NCBI GenBank assembly: GCA_963842525.1
Contig: CAWJGT010000034.1
Coordinates: 96,001 to 160,000 of the forward strand
Length of the DNA stretch: 64,000 nucleotides
Source: an uncultured Holophagales bacterium
GTDB taxonomy: Bacteria > Acidobacteriota > Thermoanaerobaculia > Multivoradales > UBA5704
Direction: 5' to 3'
Positions 57,952 through 64,000 of this stretch are shown here, one piece after another. The translations under genes were made by a program, and so were the position numbers. The notes below the pieces were generated by a model, which saw only the letters and a program-made list of their open reading frames with translations, had not been told where the DNA came from and ran no database searches. Position 1 is the first letter of the stretch, and each line of letters starts with the position of its first letter.

Positions 57952-57986
57952 GCATCGAGTATAGGCCCGGGCTCGACGGCTCACCC

Positions 57987-58001
57987 GTGCCGAAAGTCAT
58001 G
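57987..58001. promoter_or_regulatory. Candidate response-regulator binding site in the divergent promoter
   Basis: Imperfect palindrome GTGCCGAAAGTCATG between the kinase and the 58121 operon. Confidence 0.3.
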
Positions 58002-58120
58002 ATCGAAAGATCCCACCTCCGGCACTGGGAGATGGCAGGCGTCCCACCCTACCGTGGAGAACAGGCCGGAGACCCGGGGCATGATGCCCTGAACCGACCG
58101 GCCCCCGGAGGACTCACCCC

Positions 58121-58726
58121 ATGCGCCGTCTCGCTCTCCTTCAGATTCTTTTTGGGGCCATCGCCCTGCTGCTCGCCGCGGGCGCCGAAGCCCAGCAGCC
58201 CAAGGACCTCGCCGACATCGCCCGCACGCTTCCGTCCCTGCCACGGGAGGCCGGGCTCGTCCGCATGCCCCTCGACGGGGCCGGTCCCTTCACCTGGCGC
58301 CCCGTGCGCGATGGGATCGCCGTCACCCCCCAGGCCGGTGCGCTGACCGCGTCCTACCGCATCTCCTCGGGGCAGCCCGCGGGTGCGGCCCTGGTGTTGC
58401 CGGCCGGCACCTTCGCCGGGCTCAAGTCCCTGCGGCTCAAGACCCACGGCAGCCGCAGCACGCAGCTCGTGATCGCCCTGCACGACGCGGCCGGCGTGGT
58501 CTACGCCTTTCCGGCCGTCTTCGTGCGGGTCGGCGACAGCCGCGACGCCGAGGTCTTCGTCGAGGATCTGTCGTATCTGGGTCCCGCATCGACCGCGCCC
58601 GATCCGGGCCGCTTCGATCCGTCCGGAGCGGTGATGGTCACCCTGCTCGATCTCGCAGGCTTCATGAGCCCGGACACATCCGAGGTCGCCTGGACGGTCG
58701 AGAGCCTGGAAGGGGTGCTGCAATGA
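58121..58726 (+). CDS. Secreted hypothetical protein (carbohydrate-binding/CIA30-like beta sandwich)
   Basis: Signal peptide AEA-QQ; RBS GGAGG; ATGA overlap with the next gene. Confidence 0.7.
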   Translation: MRRLALLQILFGAIALLLAAGAEAQQPKDLADIARTLPSLPREAGLVRMPLDGAGPFTWRPVRDGIAVTPQAGALTASYRISSGQPAGAALVLPAGTFAGLKSLRLKTHGSRSTQLVIALHDAAGVVYAFPAVFVRVGDSRDAEVFVEDLSYLGPASTAPDPGRFDPSGAVMVTLLDLAGFMSPDTSEVAWTVESLEGVLQ

Positions 58727-59601
58727 GCCGCCGCCGTTCGATCGCCCTCGTCTCCCTGGGTCTCCTGATGGTTTTGGGCGTGGCCGCGGCGCTGGCTGCC
58801 GGCACCGGCCGCCACCCCATGGCCCTCAAGGCCGAGCAGGAATTCTTCGCGGCCTTCAACGGCAACCCGCGGGCCAGGACAGCCCCGCTGCGCAGCCTGT
58901 GGACCGCGGCCGTGTCCGATCCGGCCGACGCCCGCACCTGGCTTCTGCTCGGCCTCGACCACCTGTGGATCGCGGCGGAGGGGGATAAGACCAACCCCAC
59001 CGTCATCGAGCACTTGGTGCTCGCCGAGCGCTTCCTCGCCCGCGCCCAGGAGCTCGACCCGAAGGACCGCCGCATCCCGAGCTGGCTGGTCCCCGTGCGT
59101 CTCTCGCTCACAGGCTACCTCGGCCAGAAAGGCAAGGAGGCGGAGATCCTGCGAGACCTCGAGACCGCCTATGCCGAGGACCCCAATTTCCACTCGTTCT
59201 CGATCGCGCTGCTGGGCGTGGGCTCCGACCGCCGCTCTCCCGAGTTTCAGCGTGGGCTTGTGGCGCTCCGGTCCACCACCAGCGGCTGCGCCGTGGCCGA
59301 AGACCCTTCGTGCCAGAACCGTCCGCACTGGCCGCACAACCAGGAGGCCTATGAGACCTTCTGGGCCGACTACGAGCTCAAGGCCGGGAACGCCGACCGG
59401 GCACGCGAGCTCCTGCTCGCGGTCCAGCAGAGCCCGGCGTATTCGCAGTGGCCGTTCCGCCACGAGACGGAAGACCGTCTGAAGAACCTGGACGCCTACG
59501 CCGCTCTCCTCGGCAACGACGACCCCGGCGACGACCCTCCCCACCTGATGTCCATCTCCAGCGGCATCATGTGCCAGAGCTGCCACCTGGGGGTTGACTG
59601 A
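58723..59601 (+). CDS. Secreted TPR-like protein with a C-terminal CxxCH
   Basis: Signal peptide; helical repeats; ends MCQSCHLGVD. Confidence 0.7.
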   Translation: MSRRRSIALVSLGLLMVLGVAAALAAGTGRHPMALKAEQEFFAAFNGNPRARTAPLRSLWTAAVSDPADARTWLLLGLDHLWIAAEGDKTNPTVIEHLVLAERFLARAQELDPKDRRIPSWLVPVRLSLTGYLGQKGKEAEILRDLETAYAEDPNFHSFSIALLGVGSDRRSPEFQRGLVALRSTTSGCAVAEDPSCQNRPHWPHNQEAYETFWADYELKAGNADRARELLLAVQQSPAYSQWPFRHETEDRLKNLDAYAALLGNDDPGDDPPHLMSISSGIMCQSCHLGVD

Positions 59602-59602
59602 G

Positions 59603-59710
59603 CCCCCTCCCCCGACCCCTCCCCCGCGCGTCCACCACCCCACCCCCCGAGCGGGAGAGGGGCGTCACCACCCAGGCACCATAGCGTTCCCCCTCTCCCG
59701 TTCGGGGTGG
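59603..59710. repeat. Degenerate, truncated REP-like family A element
   Basis: CCCCTCCCCCGACCC...GGGAGAGGGG..CCCCCTCTCCCG. Confidence 0.55.
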
Positions 59711-60164
59711 TTGGAGCTGGGCGACGTGAAGGTCCCGGCTCCGGTGATCGACGTCGCCCTGGTCGAGAAGGGGGCGTTCGCCGACCCTTATCTGGCCGGG
59801 AACGTGGGCGGCGGCGTCCTCAAGCGCTTCACCGTGACGTTCGACTACGGACAGCAGAAGCTGATCTTCGAGCCCAACGAGAGCTACGGAGCTTCCCGAC
59901 GTCTACGACCGGGCCGGCGTCTGGATCAACCGTGACGAGGACGGCTACCGGATCGAGGATGTGGCCCCGGGCGGCCCGGCGGCCGAGGCGGGCCTGAAGA
60001 TCGGGGACGTCGTCGTCACCCTGGACGGCCGTAACGCCGCGGACCTCTCCCTGGCCGACGCCCGCCAGCGCTTGAGGGACTCTCCCGGCACGCGGGTCCG
60101 GCTGACGGTCCGCTCCGGCACGGCGACGCGCGAGGTGACGGTGGTGCTGCGGGATCTGGTGTAG
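59710..60164 (+). pseudogene. 3' fragment of an aspartyl protease + PDZ protein
   Basis: AGNVGGGVLKRFTVTFDY then (frameshifted) YDRAG..VAPGGPAAEAGLKIGDVV; no 5' part. Confidence 0.75.
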
Positions 60165-60318
60165 CCTCACCCCCTGTCCCCCTCTCCCATCGCCCAATGC
60201 CGAACCTCCTCGGGGACTCCCTCGTAAGAAAAGCCTCGACCTCGCCTGCAAGCCCGAGCTACGTCCCCCCTCTCCCGGTCGGGGGGAGGGCGATGGGAGA
60301 GGGGGACAGGGGGTGAGG
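60165..60318. repeat. REP-like family A doublet between convergent genes
   Basis: Terminal IR CCTCACCCCCTGTCCCCCTCTCCCATCGCCC. Confidence 0.88.
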
Positions 60319-60319
60319 T

Positions 60320-60829
60320 CTACTCCAGCCAGGGCTGGAACGCCTCTTCCGCCTCCGGTGTCAGGTCGGGGTGCTGCATGAGCATGCGGGCGCAGGTGTT
60401 CCACCGCAGGATGGCATCGTCGTTGGCGGCAGGACGGACCGCGGCGGCTTTCTCGAAGTGGTCCATGGCCTGTCGCAACCATTCGTAAGCGCTGTGGCCG
60501 GCGACGGGGCCACCGCGCTTCAGGTGGGCCTTGGCCCTCCGCTCGCAGAGAATGCCGCTGTAATAGTGCCGGCTGTACTCGTCACGGAGCCGCGCCAGCA
60601 CGTCACGCGCCTGTTCGGCGGCGGCGGCCAGGCGGTCTTCGAACTGGTCGGTCAGGGCCAGGAACAGGGTGACGAGCGCGTCCTGATTCTCCGAGTCCAC
60701 CGCCAGGATGTCGCGGCAGATGCTCTCGGCCTCCATGGGCTCGTTGAGGAGGCGGTAACGGTGGGCCTTCTCCAGAGCGGCGGGGATGGCTTCGCGCGAG
60801 AGGGGCTTCAGCTCGAATTTTGCCGGCAT
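60320..60829 (-). CDS. Conserved hypothetical TPR-like protein downstream of sdhB
   Basis: MPAKFELKPLSREAIPAALEKAHRYRLLNEP..DAILRWNTCAR; RBS AAGGAGG. Confidence 0.75.
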   Translation of the reverse strand: MPAKFELKPLSREAIPAALEKAHRYRLLNEPMEAESICRDILAVDSENQDALVTLFLALTDQFEDRLAAAAEQARDVLARLRDEYSRHYYSGILCERRAKAHLKRGGPVAGHSAYEWLRQAMDHFEKAAAVRPAANDDAILRWNTCARMLMQHPDLTPEAEEAFQPWLE

Positions 60830-60843
60830 GGGCAGGCCCTCCT

Positions 60844-61591
60844 TCAGCTCGATCCGCGGAAGACCCGGAAGAGGCGCCGGAGCGGATCGTAGAGCTCGTC
60901 GACCACCCGCTCCTTGAGCGGGATGATGGCATTGTCGGTAATCGTGATGTTTTCGGGACACACCTTCGTGCAGCACTTGGTGATGTTGCAGTAGCCGATG
61001 CCGTCGCGACCTCGGAGGTCTTCGACGCGGTCCTGGACATCCAGCGGGTGCATCTCGAGGGCCGCGGCATAGACCAGCAGGCGCGGGCCGATGAATTCGT
61101 CGTGAAGCTGGTGCTCGCGCAGGACGTGGCAGACGTCCTGGCAGAGGAAGCACTCGATGCATTTGCGGAACTCCTGCACCCGGTCGACGTCCTCCTGCGC
61201 GATCCGCCAAGTGCCATCCGGTGCGTCCGGCGGGCGCGGCTGGAACTTCTTGATCCTCTTCTTGGCCGCGAAGTTCCAGGAGACGTTGGTCACCAGGTCG
61301 CGGATCAATGGAAAGGTTTTCATCGGCTCGATGGTGACCGGCTGGTCCAGCGGCAGATCGCTCAACCGGGTCATGCACATCAGCCGCGGCGAGCCGTTGA
61401 CCTCGGCCGAGCACGAGCCGCACTTGCCCGCCTTGCAGTTCCAGCGCACGGCCAGGTCGTTGGCCGGCCCGGCCTGGATCTGGTGCACGGCGTCGAGCAC
61501 GACCATGCCTTCGGAGACCTCGGCCGGATAGTCCACGAACGCGCCGCCTGCGGCATCGCCCCGCCAGATCCTGAAACGTTGCCTGCGCCAT
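60844..61591 (-). CDS. sdhB: Succinate dehydrogenase/fumarate reductase Fe-S subunit (frameshift near 61572)
   Basis: CKAGKCGSC..C, CIECFLCQDVC, CNITKCCTKVCP. Confidence 0.93.
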
Positions 61592-63409
61592 CACTTCATC
61601 TCCTCGATGACCGCCTGCAGCTCCGGGCTCAGCGCGGGGAGCGGCTCGCGGGAGACCTGCATCTCCCCGTCCGGCCCCTTGCGGACGATGACGTTGACCC
61701 GGCCGAACGCATCGTCCTTCTCCGGGTAGTCGTCGCGGAACTGGGCGCCGCGGCTCTCCTTGCGTTCCAGGGCCGCACGGGTGATCGCTTCGGACACGGT
61801 GAGCAGGTTGTCGAGGTCCAGGGCGGTGTGCCAGCCGGGGTTGTATTCGCGGTTGCCGGGGACGGCGACCTGCGCCGCCCGTTGGCGGAGGCGGCCGAGC
61901 CCTTCGAGGGCGCGCTCCATCTCCTCACCCGTGCGGACGATTCCCACCAGGTCCTGCATCATCTTTTGCAGCTCGTGCTGGATCGCGTACGGCCCTTCGC
62001 CCCCTGCATGTCCATTTTGCTCGAAGGGCACCACGGCCCGTCGCGCCGCCGCGTCGACCTGCGCCTCGTCGATCCGTCCGGGTCCGTGCTCGCGCGCGAT
62101 CCGCGCGGCGTGCTCGCCGGCCCGTTGGCCGAAGACCAGGAGGTCCGACAGCGAGTTGCCGCCCAGGCGGTTGGCGCCGTGCAGGCCGGCTCCGCACTCG
62201 CCGGCGGCGAAGAGGCCCGGCACCGAGGACATCTGGCTTTCGGGATCGACCCGCACCCCGCCCATCATGTAGTGGGTCGTGGGCCCCACCTCCATGGGCT
62301 CGCGGGTGATGTCGATCCCGGCGAGCTGCTTGAACTGGTGATACATGCTGGGGAGCTTCTTCTTGATGTGCTCCTCCGCGTGCGGCAGCCGCTCCTTGAT
62401 CCAGGAGATGTCGAGGAACACGCCGCCGTGCGGGCTACCCCTGCCTTCCCGGATCTCGCGCACGATGCAGCGCGCCACATGGTCGCGGGTGAGGAGCTCC
62501 GGGCGGCCGGCGGGCCTCCTTGTCCCCCTGGCAATAGCGCCAGCCCTCCTCCTCGTTGTCGGCGGTCTGGCTGCGGTACAGAGGAGGAATGTCGTCGAAC
62601 ATGAAGCGCCGTCCCTCGCGGTTGCGCAGCACTCCGCCCTCGCCCCGCACCCCTTCGGTCACCAGGATGCCGCGCACGCTGGGCGGCCAGACCATGCCGG
62701 TGGGATGGAACTGGACGAACTCCATGTCGATCAGGTCGGCGCCGGCGTCGTAGGCCAGGGCATGGCCGTCGCCGGTGTATTCCCAACTGTTGCTGGTGAT
62801 CGAAAAGGCGCGGCCGATGCCGCCGGTCGCAAGGACTACGGCCCCGGCCTGGAAGACCAGGAACCGGCCCCGCTCCCGGTCGTAGCCGAACGCTCCCACC
62901 ACCCGGTCGCCGTCCTTGAGGAGCGTGGTGACCGTGTGCTCCATGTGGAAGTCGATCCCCTGGTGGATGCCGTGGTCCTGGAGCGTGCGGATCATCTCGA
63001 GGCCGGTGCGGTCGCCGACGTGGGCGAGGCGGGGATAGCGGTGGCCGCCGAAGTTGCGCTGCAGGATGCGGCCATCCGGCGTGCGGTCGAAGAGCGCGCC
63101 CCAGGCCTCAAGCTCGCGCACTCGGTCGGGAGCCTCCTTGGCGTGGATCTCGGCCATGCGCGGATGGCTCAGGTACTGACCGCCGCGCATCGTGTCCGCG
63201 AAGTGGACCTTCCAACCGTCGCGCTCGTCCACGTTGGCCAGGGCCGCGGCGATTCCCCCTTCGGCCATCACGGTATGGGCCTTGCCCAGGAGCGACTTCG
63301 ACACGACACCCACTTTGGCCCCGGCGGCCGAGGCCGCGATGGCGGCTCGCAGGCCGGCGCCCCCGGCGCCGATCACCAGCACGTCGTATTCGTGGCGTGG
63401 AAGATCCAT
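61591..63409 (-). CDS. sdhA: Succinate dehydrogenase/fumarate reductase flavoprotein (frameshift near 62500)
   Basis: IGAGGAGL, AHTVMAEGG, QFHPTG, TEGVRGEGG, HYMMGG, HGANRLGGNSL, ESRGAQ. Confidence 0.93.
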
Positions 63410-63411
63410 TC

Positions 63412-64000
63412 CTAGAAGATCCTCCAGTCGGTCCAGATCCCCATCGAGCAGAGGCGGACATAGAGGTCCGAGAAGCCCACGGAGAACAGGCTCATCCAGG
63501 CCCACAGCATGTGCCGGCGGTTGAAGCAGCCGACGCATTGGTAGGCCTTGAAGCGCGCGGGAGTCCGGGAGAGCTGGTCCAGCCGTCCGCCGATCAGGTG
63601 GCGCAGCGAATGGCAGCCAAAGGTGTAGCCGCCCAGCATGACCGTATTGGCGGCCAGCACCAGGGTGCCCACCCCGATGCCGAACGACACCGCGCCCGTG
63701 GCGGGATCGGTGAACCACAGGGCCTTCCAGACGTCGTGCGCGAGGAAGATCAGGAAGACGAGGGCGAGATAGAGGAAGTAGCGGTGGACGTTCTGAATGA
63801 TCAGGGGGAAGGAGCGCTCGCCGCGATAGTGCTTGCGCGGCTCGCCTACCGTGCAGGCCGGCGGATCGGCCCAGAACGCCTTGTAGTAGGCGCCACGGTA
63901 GTAGTAGCAGGTGAGGCGGAAGCCGCCGGGCGCCCAGAGGATGAAGAAGGCCGCCGACCACGGGAACCATCCCGGCCACCAGTCGGGCTTGCCGCCGAAC
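63412..64000 (-). CDS. Sdh1-type membrane anchor (Rv0249c-like), 5' end outside the window
   Basis: FRLTCYYYRGAYYKAFWADPPAC, HRYFLY, YTFGCHSLRH, HMLWAWMSL. Confidence 0.8.
   Translation of the reverse strand, partial: FGGKPDWWPGWFPWSAAFFILWAPGGFRLTCYYYRGAYYKAFWADPPACTVGEPRKHYRGERSFPLIIQNVHRYFLYLALVFLIFLAHDVWKALWFTDPATGAVSFGIGVGTLVLAANTVMLGGYTFGCHSLRHLIGGRLDQLSRTPARFKAYQCVGCFNRRHMLWAWMSLFSVGFSDLYVRLCSMGIWTDWRIF

Noticed and set aside
1938-63409. Programmed frameshifting or mass pseudogenisation (about 11 split genes)
   Set aside because: Breaks also hit sdhA and sdhB, both halves are otherwise intact, and no shared slippery motif is apparent; indel errors are the simpler explanation pending read checks.
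1-64000. tRNA, rRNA or prophage structural genes
   Set aside because: None recognised by eye; a covariance-model search was not run.

Overview
High-GC bacterial window; gene content (VWA, TPR-sulfatase, Oar-like receptor and XRE families) suggests an Acidobacteriota/Thermoanaerobaculia-like genome, which is inference only. Housekeeping genes (hemG/Y, quinone oxidoreductase, acyl-CoA dehydrogenase, cfa-like, a two-component system, an Sdh1-type succinate dehydrogenase) are interleaved with accessory loci: a cyclase-TPR/DP-EP/GT4-MTase-GT2 operon, two STAND-NTPase conflict proteins, TA modules and a TPR-sulfatase/TonB-like cluster. Three mobile elements each sit inside a host repeat. (i) A ~4 kb cargo-carrying IS1-family element with an 8-bp TSD lies in a 42-bp tandem array. 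(ii) A group II intron lies precisely in a REP-like palindrome and is itself invaded by a DUF6431-like/DDE/ExeA transposon and scrambled. (iii) An IS110/IS1111-type element lies at a CT core in another REP, and its 3' non-coding region shows four guide-like segments in bridge-RNA order; this is the strongest signal in the window. At least four palindromic repeat families occur, and one is translated in-frame inside two genes. About 11 apparent frameshifts (including sdhA and sdhB) and two inversion/deletion junctions mean sequencing or assembly artefacts must be considered throughout.
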